Positions 18,937 to 29,458 are shown, counted from the stretch's first letter. The stretch: 64,000 nt of DNA from an uncultured virus (IMG/VR IMGVR_UViG_3300025012_000071) (IMGVR_UViG_3300025012_000071), one strand, 5' to 3'. Made by a program: numbers and translations. The notes: a model not told the origin generated them from the sequence alone.

Positions 18937-20365
18937 AATAGCAACAATTGATTACGACAAAATGATTTCCGCTAGGGCATTTGGCGAAGCGGCAGGGCAA
19001 CAGGTTAATTGGTTGGGTGGAGACGTTGGTAAAAGAAGTTTTACCATGGGAGATACTTTATACCGTGAGGATACCGGAGATTTTAGTATTAACCCAGCGA
19101 ATAACAGGGCATATGTCAATCCGAGTAAAGCGACGATGCTTAATCAGGCAAAGGCATACGGTAGTTTAAATGCCGATACGCTTAATCAATATAGACCAAT
19201 GGTTAGTGATATGGTCGGACAAACCTATAAACCTAAGTTCTCCGCACTTGAAAGGCAGTACAATAATCGAGAGACATTGGCGAACCAAAGACAAAGAGCA
19301 ATAGATAACGACTTTAGTTGGAGTAAGACTAAGACAGGCATTAACCAGAGAAACGACAGAGAAAAACAGGCATATAGTTTGGCTAAATATGGCGGTTCTG
19401 ACTATATGAGTCGTAAACTTGAAGAATCATATCAACCGATCTATGCTGAAATGGAAATGCAGAAAAATAACGCATTATTGAACCTTAGCGAAAACTATAA
19501 TATGGGTATGAGTGAACTTGATGGGCAGTATGGTGACTTACTGGATAGTCAAACAGCAGCAGAGAATAAGATGCTCATGGATATTTATGACAGAAACCAA
19601 AAGAACGCTTTAGGACTTGCCGACGCTACGAGCAACTACGGCAAAGACATTGCCGAAGCGGATAAAGCGGAGTTTGACAGGGATATTGATTATGCTACAA
19701 CATTTAAAAAGGATCGCAATACAGGAGAATATACCCTTGGTGGCAGGGGCGACATTATTGATATGACCGGAGTTGATCCGGAAACAGGTCAACCGTCATA
19801 TTCTGCAATGAAGGATGAAAGACAGTTTGCTTTAGATAAGGCAACGAAAGAAGCGCAGATCAATAAGTATAATCTCGATGCAAGCGGCAGGGATACGGTA
19901 AGCGAGAGACAGAACGCTGCTACTGCTGACCTTCTCAATAAGGCGGTTGGTCGGTACAATGAGAATATGCAGAATGGTTTGAAGTATCCCGGTTACTATA
20001 CAGTTAGTTCGTTGCTGAGTGATCCTGAATGGATGATTGAGGCGAAGAAGTCAGGCGCAAACAGCAAGGATGCTATTGATATGTTGTTGACTTCGATTGG
20101 GACAACTCCTTCTGAATTCTTTGCTGGGGAAACTGCAAAACTATTGCCGCTATATAACCAATTGGGCGGCGGTGATAGCGCATTAATGAGCAAAGCGTTA
20201 GCGGCAGCGCAGAAAGATCCGAACTTCGGTATTGACCCCGAAACGGATAGAGAACTGATTAACTACTACAAGGGCATATTAAGTGGCGGTAGTGGTGCTA
20301 TGACTACAGCAGGCACACCTACAACCGGCGCAACCGATGAAGAAATACAGCAATACCTCAAATAA
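18929..20365 (+). CDS. internal virion (ejection) protein
   Basis: 478 aa, helical Gln/Ala-rich, precedes giant protein as in podoviruses. Confidence 0.6.
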   Translation: MFEIATIDYDKMISARAFGEAAGQQVNWLGGDVGKRSFTMGDTLYREDTGDFSINPANNRAYVNPSKATMLNQAKAYGSLNADTLNQYRPMVSDMVGQTYKPKFSALERQYNNRETLANQRQRAIDNDFSWSKTKTGINQRNDREKQAYSLAKYGGSDYMSRKLEESYQPIYAEMEMQKNNALLNLSENYNMGMSELDGQYGDLLDSQTAAENKMLMDIYDRNQKNALGLADATSNYGKDIAEADKAEFDRDIDYATTFKKDRNTGEYTLGGRGDIIDMTGVDPETGQPSYSAMKDERQFALDKATKEAQINKYNLDASGRDTVSERQNAATADLLNKAVGRYNENMQNGLKYPGYYTVSSLLSDPEWMIEAKKSGANSKDAIDMLLTSIGTTPSEFFAGETAKLLPLYNQLGGGDSALMSKALAAAQKDPNFGIDPETDRELINYYKGILSGGSGAMTTAGTPTTGATDEEIQQYLK

Positions 20366-20379
20366 GCGAGGTGATATAA

Positions 20380-23300
20380 TTGTCTCAACAAAAACTATAT
20401 GAAGCGGTCAGGTCGGGTAGAGTTAAGTTAACTGATTTGAACGATGATGGTAAGCAGGCACTAAGGGAATATATGTCTACTAAAGACAAACCTGCTACAC
20501 CTAAACAATCTACCTATAGTAGAATTGATAGTAAGGTTGGCGGCATACTTCCGGGCGGTAGCGACTTTAAACCTTCTGAGTATGGCATAAGCGATAAGTT
20601 TGCGAAAGATAATCCGGCAATTAGTAGGGGATTGGCGACAGTCGTTAGTCCTCTAAAGGCGGTATTTGACATACCTTCCGTTGAACGTGCTAGTCAGGCA
20701 GGCAATGAAGTTAGATTCTTGACGGAAAATCCAGATAAGACGGACACAGGTTCAAGTACCAAAAACATGGTTGCTGACTTTATCGGGGGTGCTACTGGTT
20801 TTATTGGTGGCAGTCCCGGTAGCATTATGCCCTCTGCAGGTGGTGCGTTGTTTGGTGGTGGTGCTAAAGCAACAGGTAAGATATTACCTAAGACAACTAG
20901 ACCGATAGTAAGAACGGCGGCAGAAATGGCAGGAGGTAGCGTTGTCTATGATTTAGGTAATGCAGCAGCAAATGGACATTCACCTACAGTTGAGGACTTG
21001 GGAGTTGTGGCAGCGCAAAATGCTTTATTGGGTGCAGCAACCTATGGACTAGGTAAGGGTGTAAGTAGGTTGTTTAAGGATAAAACAGAGATACCTTTAA
21101 CAAAAAAAGAAGTCACCTCTCCAAAAGTCAAGCAGGACATACCTGCCGACATTAACTTAGCAAGAAACGTAGTCAAGAACACAACCAACTTAGGCAGGAT
21201 AAACAGGATAATTGATGCTTACCCTGAGTTAGCGGCAGAATACCCACAGTTTCGTTTACAGCAGGGCGACAAGGTTATCTTACCTAACGGCAAAGAAGCG
21301 ACCGTTAAAACAAATGACAGGATGATTATACAGGTTGATGTAGATGGTAAGGCTGCTAGTGTTGGGCGTAAGGTTGTTAATGTTCCGGAGGTTAAAACTG
21401 AGGCGGTATCTGAAGTAGCAACTCCTGAGATAAAACAGCAACCAGTTATCAACGATGTGCCGAGAGTAAATAACCGAAGCGGTGCTGATACTTTTGACGA
21501 TGCGGTTAGTGAAACAGTTAGCGACAACTACAATAAAGCGGTTGAACTTGTTACGCAAAACAATAGTCCTTCTATCTCATTACTACAAAGAAACCTAAAA
21601 ATAGGTTATGCCGAGGCAGCAAGACACATTAACCGCATGGAGTCAGAAGGTATTGTTAGTGCCTTTGATGGCAACGGTAGAACTGTTTTGAAGCAGGGCA
21701 ATAAAACAGCGACAGACATTGAAACTGCTTTTAACGATTTGGGCAATGCTGCACAAGAAGCAGGATACAAGAAAACTATGGATGATGTTGCTAAGCAGGG
21801 ATATGTGTCGTTTGCTAAGAAAGAATCTGCCGATTTATTCCGCAACGATCCTAGATATGAGGGATGGAAGGAAGAACAGGTTAATGGTGAATATCGGTTT
21901 AGTCCACAAGAGAACGTACCTTCCATTACTACTCAAATTAAGGTTAATCGTGGCAGTAAGGGCGTAGCAAACATAACACTACCCGATGCCGACCATGCCC
22001 TATTGTTTGAGTTAGATAAGCAAATGAAGATGCTTAATAACGAGAAAACATATTCGCAGGAATTGGAAGTCTTGGCGGAGCAAAACTACAACAAACTTAA
22101 AGACAAGTTTCCGGATCCCATCGGTACTGCCGACACTTACCGCAGGAGTGTTTTGAATGGTGCGAAGGATATTGAGAAGGACGGGACTTATGCGGCAGAA
22201 ACTTTTGAGGCGGTTAAGGCAAAACTTGATGCCGAGGCAAAACGATTTGATATTCCGGTAGATAAGAGAACATCTAAGAATGTCGGGGATAGAAAAGTTA
22301 ATGCTATGCAGTACAATCACCCCGAGTTGAAACCACATATTCAAGAACAGGCTAAAAACATCATGGGTGATCTTGCCGCATCATTAAAGGCAGCGCGTGG
22401 CGGTACTACCGTTTATGGCGAGAATACGGGCGGCGAAAACATTTCATTCGGTAATAAGCGCATGACTACTAATACTATTGCTAAGATATTGGACGAGCAG
22501 AAGGTTAGTTATGCCGACATTAATAACGCTTTACAGCGCATTATTGACGATGCAGGGCAGGAGAATGTTGCACTTGCTAAACGGATTGAGTTGCTAATTG
22601 ACGAGCATTTGACCGATGGATATACCGATATTTACGGTAATAAGTATCCTCCGAGTAAAGAATACGTCGATGCTAAAAACAAGGCGTATGGTACGGATAT
22701 TAAGTCAAAAGAACAGTATAAGGATATGTCAGACGAGGATTGGGCAGAGTTAGAACAGTTGCAGGGTGAGATAGAGGGTAAGGGTGACGTTAAGCAGGAA
22801 ACCCCTGAGTTATCCGCAGAGGTAGGCAATAAGTCTACATCGGAAGTTAAAACTATTCCTTCATATGATGAATTTAGTAATAAAGTCATGGATATATACA
22901 ATAAGCAAGAAAAGAAAGCATATGCCGAAGCAGACAAAAGGCAAGAGAAACTTATTGCCGAAAAAGAGAATATCCTTAACGGTATTATAGATGGCAGTAT
23001 TAGTCCCGACGAAATATTAAGCAAGCGTAAAGAATTGCGTATAACAAGAAACGATAACGGAACATATTCTTATAGTCGTGGTAGTAAAAAATATACCACA
23101 ACAGAACCTGTTGCCGATGTTGAAACTTTTAAACGAAACCTTGCTAGTGAATTAGTTGAGGATAATATTAAGAACATCAAGAGGAAAGATAAGTATGCAG
23201 GTGTTATTGATGCTGCAAGGAAAAATACGAATAAAGAATTAGGACTAGGTAGCGACACTATCTATGATAGTCATCAGGAAATGTACGATAAACTTTATGG

Positions 23301-26300
23301 CAGTAAAACTATGGCAGAGGACATTGGACTAAAACCGGAGAAAGCGGACGAGTTAATAATTGAAGGGAATAAGGTTACTGGTAGTGCTGAATCTATTCCA
23401 GGGCAGGCAGGCACATATGATCCCGGCACAATTGGGGCGGCAAGGTTAACCGTACCGGAAAAGCAAGCAACTCTCCCAGGCACTAATGAAAAGGTGCGGT
23501 CATTCCAGAGAACTGCCATTGATGCGCCTGTAACCGATTTAGATACCAAGGCAGGTCTACTGGTTGATATTTACACAGAAGGTCCGGGCGCATATAAATC
23601 CATAACCAATATCGAAACCGAGGCAGCAGCAAGAAAGTTTATCGAGGACATGGGAGAAGGAGAAGCACTTAGGTATGTTTTCGATGAAACTGAGGTATCG
23701 GCATTAAAACCTGCAATGGCAGGACAACTTGCATATGCGCTACAAAAACAGGGAAAGCATTATACATCAGTAGAATTGCTTGAAAGTATGGGCAAGCAAC
23801 TTACTTCTGCCGGTCAAATGGCGCAGGCAGTAAAAATATTTATGAACTTATCTCCCGAAGGTGTACTTATCAAGGCAAACAAAGAAACCAAAAAGGCGTT
23901 TAACGAACTACCGAAACAAACTAAAGATAAGCACGACGATCTGAGCGGCAAACTGCAAGAAGAATTTGACGGTATCGACAAAGAAGCAATTGACCAAGTG
24001 GTTAGCGAGACTCCCGAATTGGGCGGCAAGAAGCAACCGGACAAGAAAGGCAATAAACCCGGCAAACCTACTACCGAGAAGAAAGAGTTTGACCCTGCCG
24101 CCGTATTAGCGCAAAAGGTCGTTCAATGGACTAAACCGATGATGCCTAAAGCAATCACTTCTGAGATGCAAATGGTTAGGACATTGTTCAAAAAGGCGCA
24201 GGAGGTATTACCTAAAGATAAAGTTAAACCCGTTAAGACAAACGCATTAGACGAAATCGCAACCGCACTACAGCAAAGCGACAACTACCGCAAAACTTGG
24301 GAAGATTCAAAGAAGGTTATCCTGGAGCAGAACGGAGAAATACCGCAGGTCATGAAAGACGTTGAAGCATACGTTGAGCATTTCCTTAATGTGCCGTATT
24401 CTGAGAGATCGCTTAGTCGTGTATTAGTCGAAGCAATGAAGGATAAGAGTTTTGACTTAGAGCAGTCTGCATTTGGTCCAATGTCACCGAATTTCCGAGG
24501 AACTAAAGCAGAGAATAACGCCTTTATTCAGTCTATCGTTAAAGATAGTGGGTTGACCGGAAAGAACGCCGAAGTATTGTCCTTAGAATTAGGCAGTAAA
24601 CTTGATAAAGCGTTGAAGAAGAAGCGTGACGATAAGACTTCTGACTTAGCGAAAAGGATTATAGGTATGGCGGTTGACAGTCCGAAAGGTGCCGAGACTA
24701 ACCCCGTCAAAGAAATGTTTAATATTCTGATGCAGAAAGCAAAAGAGTCTATGCCGAAGGTAGAAGGTGCTAAGTCTGCCAAGGATGGCATGTTGCCGAT
24801 ATATAACGCCTTGAATAACCGCAAAATGTTTAATCAGGTATGGTCAGAGGCGAAGAAGGATATTGTTAAGCAGTTAGAAGCGAAGGGATTATCTGTTGAA
24901 GGTGTTAACCTTGACCAAATGTTTGCCGAACTTCTCTATCACCCCTACACTAAGGGACAGTTAAGTAGGGAGGTTACTAAGGGTATCAAGCAGTACGGTA
25001 TTGATGTGAATAACATTGTCCGGCAACACTTTACCGTAGTTGATAAAACAGGTCAGACGTTGGCTGAAAAGTTGACTACTCGCGGTATGTTACCAAAGGA
25101 CGAAGCGGCATTGTTGGCTCAGGACATTCAGGCCAGATTTGCCGAGATAGCGGAAATGAAGAAAGCGCAGATATTGAAGAATATGTTTCGCGAGAAGTCG
25201 TTGACTAAAGAACAGAGAACTATTGACCAGAAGATTGTTGAACTTTCAAATTTGGGCGCATTGTCTAAGGAGCAATACAGACGGTCGGTTGCTGAGAAGA
25301 TGGGGTTGCCGGTGTTGACCGAGGATATTGCTAATAGGTTGGTTGCGTTGGCAGAGCAGGCGCAGTTGGCGACTGGTCGGCGGTCGGAGATATTGAGGGC
25401 GCAGATGTTGAAAATACTAGCGGAACAAAAACCTGTATCGTTTACTAGAAAGTTTGATGCTTTGCGTAGAATTGCAATGCTACTAAACCCTAAAACACTA
25501 TTGGCGCGAAATATTGGCGGCAACGCTATATTGGGAACATTTGAGAATATTAAGGACATTCCAGGAAGTATTGCTGACAGAGCAACAACGGCATACCTTA
25601 AAAAGAAGGGCATTGATGCAAAAAGAACTACTCTTGCACCTTCAGTAGAGGGAATTGCTACACAGGCAAAGGGTATTGTAAAAGGTGCTAAATTAGTTAC
25701 GGAGGACATCAAACTTGGTGTTGATACTTCTCCTACAAGAGGACAGTACGAAATACCAGTCGGAAGAACCTTCGACAATAAGGTGCTTAATTTCTTAGAT
25801 AACGCTACAACGAGAGGTTTGCAATACGGAGATAGAACATTCTTTCAAGGTGCATATGACGACGCATTGCGGCAGCAAATGAAAATTAACAAGACAGATA
25901 AACCAACTCCCGAAATGGAGGATTTTGCATTAGAAGTAGCAAAAGACAGGACATTCCAGAATGATAGTGAAGTGTCTAACGCTATTATCTATTTGCGACA
26001 AGGGTTAAACAAACTTGGAGCAAAAGCAGGGATAGGCAATAAGGAATGGGGATTAGGAAATATCGCTATTCCATTCGCAAAGACACCTGGAAACATTATG
26101 GATAAAGCTATTGATTATAGTCCGTTAGGATTTATTAGTGCAGCAAAGGAAGCATATCGCGGTAGTAAGGGTGAATTTAATCAAAAGAAATTTGTCGATG
26201 CTATAGGCAGAGCAGTAACAGGAACCGGGTTGATTCTACTTGGTTACGATCTTGCCCGAAGTAATGTTATAACAGGGCAGCAAGATAAAAACTCCAACGT

Positions 26301-27216
26301 AGCTAGTTTTAAAAAGAACTTGGGCATGTCTCCTTATTCTTATAATATGAGTGCCGCTATTAGGTTGTTAAGCGGGGAAGATCCGAAACCTAAGAAGGGT
26401 GACGTAATAAGGACATATGATTTTGCCCAACCAATAAGCGTCGCATTGGCGGTTGGTGCTGATATATATTCTGGAATTAAAAACCGTAAACGCGCCTCAA
26501 ACTTGGTTGCCGAATCAATTAAAAGTGGTGGCAATGCACTTTTAAAGCAGTCAGTTTTGCAAGGTTTAACGCGAATGGTTGGCGGTTACGATACTATGCA
26601 GGGCGTACTTGATACTATATTTCAAGCACCATTACAGTTCATTCCTACAGTCAGCGGTCAGATAGCAAAGATAACTGACAAAAATGCCCGCGAAACAAGA
26701 AGTCAAAGCATGTATGAAGAAGTGATAAATAAAGGTAAGGCGAAAATACCTGGACTAAGTTCATCGTTGCCGAAAAAGGTTGATACTCTTGGTAGGGATA
26801 TAGAGTCAATATCAGGTGGAAATACATTCTTTAATTCTTTTATAAATCCAGGACTTACTAAGAAATTCAATCCTTCTGAAGTTGAGCAACGAGTTTTAGA
26901 TGTTTACGAAAAAACTGGCGACGCTTCAATATTGCCAAGGGTTGCCGATTCTTCCTTTAAGGTAAATAGGATTAATAAGAAAAGTGAACCTATTAGCATT
27001 GACCTTACAGGACAGGAAATGTCCGACTATCAAAAAAATATGGGTACTAAGGTGTTTGAAGGATATTCAAAGTTGTCGCCAAAAATGCGACCAGAGATCG
27101 CCGTTAAACGAATGAAAAGCATTTTGGATAGTGCTAATGAATATGCCAAGATACAACTACTAAAAAGCAGGGGTTATGTGGTGGTCAAAAGAAACGGTGG
27201 AGTAGTTGTCAGGTAA
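20380..27216 (+). CDS. giant internal virion/ejection protein with FtsK-gamma domain
   Basis: 2278 aa; C-terminal AMLLNPKT..RN and PFAKTP.N motifs of phage DNA-transfer/large polyvalent proteins; winged helix at 21523-21690. Confidence 0.75.
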   Translation: MSQQKLYEAVRSGRVKLTDLNDDGKQALREYMSTKDKPATPKQSTYSRIDSKVGGILPGGSDFKPSEYGISDKFAKDNPAISRGLATVVSPLKAVFDIPSVERASQAGNEVRFLTENPDKTDTGSSTKNMVADFIGGATGFIGGSPGSIMPSAGGALFGGGAKATGKILPKTTRPIVRTAAEMAGGSVVYDLGNAAANGHSPTVEDLGVVAAQNALLGAATYGLGKGVSRLFKDKTEIPLTKKEVTSPKVKQDIPADINLARNVVKNTTNLGRINRIIDAYPELAAEYPQFRLQQGDKVILPNGKEATVKTNDRMIIQVDVDGKAASVGRKVVNVPEVKTEAVSEVATPEIKQQPVINDVPRVNNRSGADTFDDAVSETVSDNYNKAVELVTQNNSPSISLLQRNLKIGYAEAARHINRMESEGIVSAFDGNGRTVLKQGNKTATDIETAFNDLGNAAQEAGYKKTMDDVAKQGYVSFAKKESADLFRNDPRYEGWKEEQVNGEYRFSPQENVPSITTQIKVNRGSKGVANITLPDADHALLFELDKQMKMLNNEKTYSQELEVLAEQNYNKLKDKFPDPIGTADTYRRSVLNGAKDIEKDGTYAAETFEAVKAKLDAEAKRFDIPVDKRTSKNVGDRKVNAMQYNHPELKPHIQEQAKNIMGDLAASLKAARGGTTVYGENTGGENISFGNKRMTTNTIAKILDEQKVSYADINNALQRIIDDAGQENVALAKRIELLIDEHLTDGYTDIYGNKYPPSKEYVDAKNKAYGTDIKSKEQYKDMSDEDWAELEQLQGEIEGKGDVKQETPELSAEVGNKSTSEVKTIPSYDEFSNKVMDIYNKQEKKAYAEADKRQEKLIAEKENILNGIIDGSISPDEILSKRKELRITRNDNGTYSYSRGSKKYTTTEPVADVETFKRNLASELVEDNIKNIKRKDKYAGVIDAARKNTNKELGLGSDTIYDSHQEMYDKLYGSKTMAEDIGLKPEKADELIIEGNKVTGSAESIPGQAGTYDPGTIGAARLTVPEKQATLPGTNEKVRSFQRTAIDAPVTDLDTKAGLLVDIYTEGPGAYKSITNIETEAAARKFIEDMGEGEALRYVFDETEVSALKPAMAGQLAYALQKQGKHYTSVELLESMGKQLTSAGQMAQAVKIFMNLSPEGVLIKANKETKKAFNELPKQTKDKHDDLSGKLQEEFDGIDKEAIDQVVSETPELGGKKQPDKKGNKPGKPTTEKKEFDPAAVLAQKVVQWTKPMMPKAITSEMQMVRTLFKKAQEVLPKDKVKPVKTNALDEIATALQQSDNYRKTWEDSKKVILEQNGEIPQVMKDVEAYVEHFLNVPYSERSLSRVLVEAMKDKSFDLEQSAFGPMSPNFRGTKAENNAFIQSIVKDSGLTGKNAEVLSLELGSKLDKALKKKRDDKTSDLAKRIIGMAVDSPKGAETNPVKEMFNILMQKAKESMPKVEGAKSAKDGMLPIYNALNNRKMFNQVWSEAKKDIVKQLEAKGLSVEGVNLDQMFAELLYHPYTKGQLSREVTKGIKQYGIDVNNIVRQHFTVVDKTGQTLAEKLTTRGMLPKDEAALLAQDIQARFAEIAEMKKAQILKNMFREKSLTKEQRTIDQKIVELSNLGALSKEQYRRSVAEKMGLPVLTEDIANRLVALAEQAQLATGRRSEILRAQMLKILAEQKPVSFTRKFDALRRIAMLLNPKTLLARNIGGNAILGTFENIKDIPGSIADRATTAYLKKKGIDAKRTTLAPSVEGIATQAKGIVKGAKLVTEDIKLGVDTSPTRGQYEIPVGRTFDNKVLNFLDNATTRGLQYGDRTFFQGAYDDALRQQMKINKTDKPTPEMEDFALEVAKDRTFQNDSEVSNAIIYLRQGLNKLGAKAGIGNKEWGLGNIAIPFAKTPGNIMDKAIDYSPLGFISAAKEAYRGSKGEFNQKKFVDAIGRAVTGTGLILLGYDLARSNVITGQQDKNSNVASFKKNLGMSPYSYNMSAAIRLLSGEDPKPKKGDVIRTYDFAQPISVALAVGADIYSGIKNRKRASNLVAESIKSGGNALLKQSVLQGLTRMVGGYDTMQGVLDTIFQAPLQFIPTVSGQIAKITDKNARETRSQSMYEEVINKGKAKIPGLSSSLPKKVDTLGRDIESISGGNTFFNSFINPGLTKKFNPSEVEQRVLDVYEKTGDASILPRVADSSFKVNRINKKSEPISIDLTGQEMSDYQKNMGTKVFEGYSKLSPKMRPEIAVKRMKSILDSANEYAKIQLLKSRGYVVVKRNGGVVVR

Positions 27217-27276
27217 AATAATACTTCTCGTTTTTGCTATGATGGAGTATAATTCAAATAAAAGGGGTTATGCTCT

Positions 27277-27480
27277 ATGAATATGAGAAGTAGGTTTGAA
27301 TTGTTTTGGTCTGGAGAAACTAAGTCGTCATTAAAAACACTGTTTTATATTTTTTGCATGGTTGGTACTTGGAATATTGTGGAGTCGTGCGAATGGGGCA
27401 TTTACTACGTCATTAAGCAAACACTTATCATATGGTTCGTTGGAACAGTTTCTTACTATATGGCTAATAGGTTAAAATAA
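27277..27480 (+). CDS. small membrane protein
   Basis: 67 aa with two hydrophobic segments; upstream TATAAT. Confidence 0.55.
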   Translation: MNMRSRFELFWSGETKSSLKTLFYIFCMVGTWNIVESCEWGIYYVIKQTLIIWFVGTVSYYMANRLK

Positions 27481-27565
27481 TTTTCTTCATCGACAAATTA
27501 TCCCTAGATTATGAACAAAGATTTTGCATATAATTAACTAATCAAATTTAGGGAGGTTTGTTGTT

Positions 27566-28108
27566 ATGAAAAAGTTACTAATCTTACTTACGGTCACACT
27601 TCTATTGTCGCTGTCTGTACCTGCATTTGCCGCTATCGGGATAAACGTCAACGGTCAAGATGTGTATTCTGATGTGTCAGCGCAAAACATTGGCGGCAGG
27701 GTAATGGTTCCGGTTCGTTTAATTGCTGAGATATTCGGCGCGAATGTATCGTGGGACGAATCAAGGCAAACGGTAAATATCGTGTGGCAACCAAAGCAGG
27801 TTATAAGTCAGCAGGTACAACCGCAGACATATAATGATACTGATTATGAAGAAGAATATGCCGCCGCTTATGAGGAAGAATTAGAGAACGCAAGGCAGTA
27901 CGTCATTGATATGTATGAGTCGCAGCGAATCGTTCTGCAAGCGCAGATGGATCAAGAGTGGAAGGATTATTGCAAGCAATACACTAAAAATTCTCAGACA
28001 GCTCCAGATAAAAACTCTTGGTCATACAGGGAATTACAGAAGGAATATGATCCATATTTCAAGTCTTTGGAAGTCCAAAGGGATGCAGAATTGAATAGAA
28101 TTAGGTAA
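27566..28108 (+). CDS. secreted protein with copper amine oxidase-like N-terminal (stalk) domain
   Basis: Signal peptide ending AFA-A, then GRVMVPVRLIAEIFGANVSWD. Confidence 0.85.
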   Translation: MKKLLILLTVTLLLSLSVPAFAAIGINVNGQDVYSDVSAQNIGGRVMVPVRLIAEIFGANVSWDESRQTVNIVWQPKQVISQQVQPQTYNDTDYEEEYAAAYEEELENARQYVIDMYESQRIVLQAQMDQEWKDYCKQYTKNSQTAPDKNSWSYRELQKEYDPYFKSLEVQRDAELNRIR

Positions 28109-28148
28109 ACAAAAAGCACCCGAAAGGGTGTTTTCTTGTTAATAATTG

Positions 28149-28260
28149 TGGTATAATATACATATGGGACATCATGGATTAGCTACCTATGATGGTGCGG
28201 AAACTCCTATCCGCACTCCCATATTAAATAATTAGGAGAATACGCCTTTAGGAGGGGTGA
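28149..28260 (+). promoter_or_regulatory. extended -10 promoter and structured 5' leader of rep-like gene
   Basis: TGGTATAAT at 28149-28157, then three-stem junction 28162-28224. Confidence 0.65.
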
Positions 28261-28266
28261 TTTTTT

Positions 28267-29130
28267 ATGCAACAAGAGAAAACAGTCAGAGAATTGCTTT
28301 TATCCGAAAACTACATACAGGTAAATAAGTTGCTTATTCATGCTATCGGACTACATGAAACAATACTGTATTGCGAATTATGCTCAAGGCAAAAGTATTT
28401 TGCCGATAAAGGGTTATTGTCTGATGAAGGTTACTTTTTTAATACCGTAAATGACTTATACGCAGGGACAGGCATTACCGAAAAACAACAGAGGGCAGCA
28501 ATTAAGAATTTGGTAAAGATTAAGTTGTTGCATGTGGTTGTAAAAGGTTTGCCGGCAAAAAGGTATTTTAAAATTAACGACAACGATAATATGATAATTG
28601 ACCTGATTAAGAAGGGTAAAGACGCTCATAATGCAATAAAAGAGTCGTCAGCCCTTAAATATCAACAGTTACGCCAAAATGGAGGAAGTACATCGGATAA
28701 AATAGCAGAAGTACCTCCGCAATATGGGCGGAGTAATAAGAACAATCTTAATAAAACCAATCAAGAAGAAAAATCTTATAATGTATATAATGTTGCTTTT
28801 ACTGAAAAGCGTAAAAGCAATGTGTCATATAGAATATTTATAGATATAATTAAAAGCAGTATTTATCCGTCTGACCCATTAGAAATTCAATGCGTTAAAT
28901 ATTTCTTTTCTAAATACCGTAATCTATTAGAAGAAGATCATCCTGCCATGAAGGACGAGCAGATGCAAAATGCCATCGACATTATAGGGATACATTTAAT
29001 ATCTGCTGAGTCAGCAACGGAGATAATTGACGAATACTTTGATGCAGAAATGGATTGTGACTATAACCTTAATCATTTTGTTAGCGGAGATATAATCCAG
29101 AACAGAATGTATAGTACCGGAAATTATTAA
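28267..29130 (+). CDS. replication initiator-like winged-helix protein (second rep)
   Basis: VNK.LI..IGL.E.IL..EL, GYFF.T...L...TG.T.KQQR.AI..L, KGLPAKRYFKIN. Confidence 0.7.
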   Translation: MQQEKTVRELLLSENYIQVNKLLIHAIGLHETILYCELCSRQKYFADKGLLSDEGYFFNTVNDLYAGTGITEKQQRAAIKNLVKIKLLHVVVKGLPAKRYFKINDNDNMIIDLIKKGKDAHNAIKESSALKYQQLRQNGGSTSDKIAEVPPQYGRSNKNNLNKTNQEEKSYNVYNVAFTEKRKSNVSYRIFIDIIKSSIYPSDPLEIQCVKYFFSKYRNLLEEDHPAMKDEQMQNAIDIIGIHLISAESATEIIDEYFDAEMDCDYNLNHFVSGDIIQNRMYSTGNY

Positions 29131-29158
29131 AAAGAAATAACCACTCTCAACAGGGTGG

Positions 29159-29374
29159 TTATTTTTCGTCCGACACATATTCAAATAAGTCGCCCGGTTG
29201 GCATTTGAGAACCTGACACAGTTTGCCGATTTGCTCTATTTCTATTCTCTTTGTTGTGCCATGCCATAGTTGCGAAACAGTACCGGGGCGTATTCCTGTT
29301 AATGCGGTCAACTCTCTTTGGTTTATGCGATGCCTACCCATTAACTCGGAAACTTTGATTACTACTTTAGCCAT
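29159..29374 (-). CDS. XRE-family HTH regulator (YozG-like)
   Basis: ELTALTGIRPGTVSQL...LCQVLKCQPGDLFEY; GGAGGTG RBS. Confidence 0.9.
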   Translation of the reverse strand: MAKVVIKVSELMGRHRINQRELTALTGIRPGTVSQLWHGTTKRIEIEQIGKLCQVLKCQPGDLFEYVSDEK

Positions 29375-29458
29375 AACTTTTCCACCTCCTACCGTATTCA
29401 GTATAACACTTAGGGTTATAGAATTGCAACTATTTTTTAATATATTACTTTTGTCGTA

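Noticed and set aside
25128..25778. Long antisense ORFs within structural and replication genes (also 45241-45804, 11080-11604)
   Set aside because: Shadow frames of well-supported plus-strand genes, no RBS
20380..27216. Tape measure protein or virion RNA polymerase
   Set aside because: No tail tube or chaperone genes and no TMP repeats; no polymerase catalytic motif recognised
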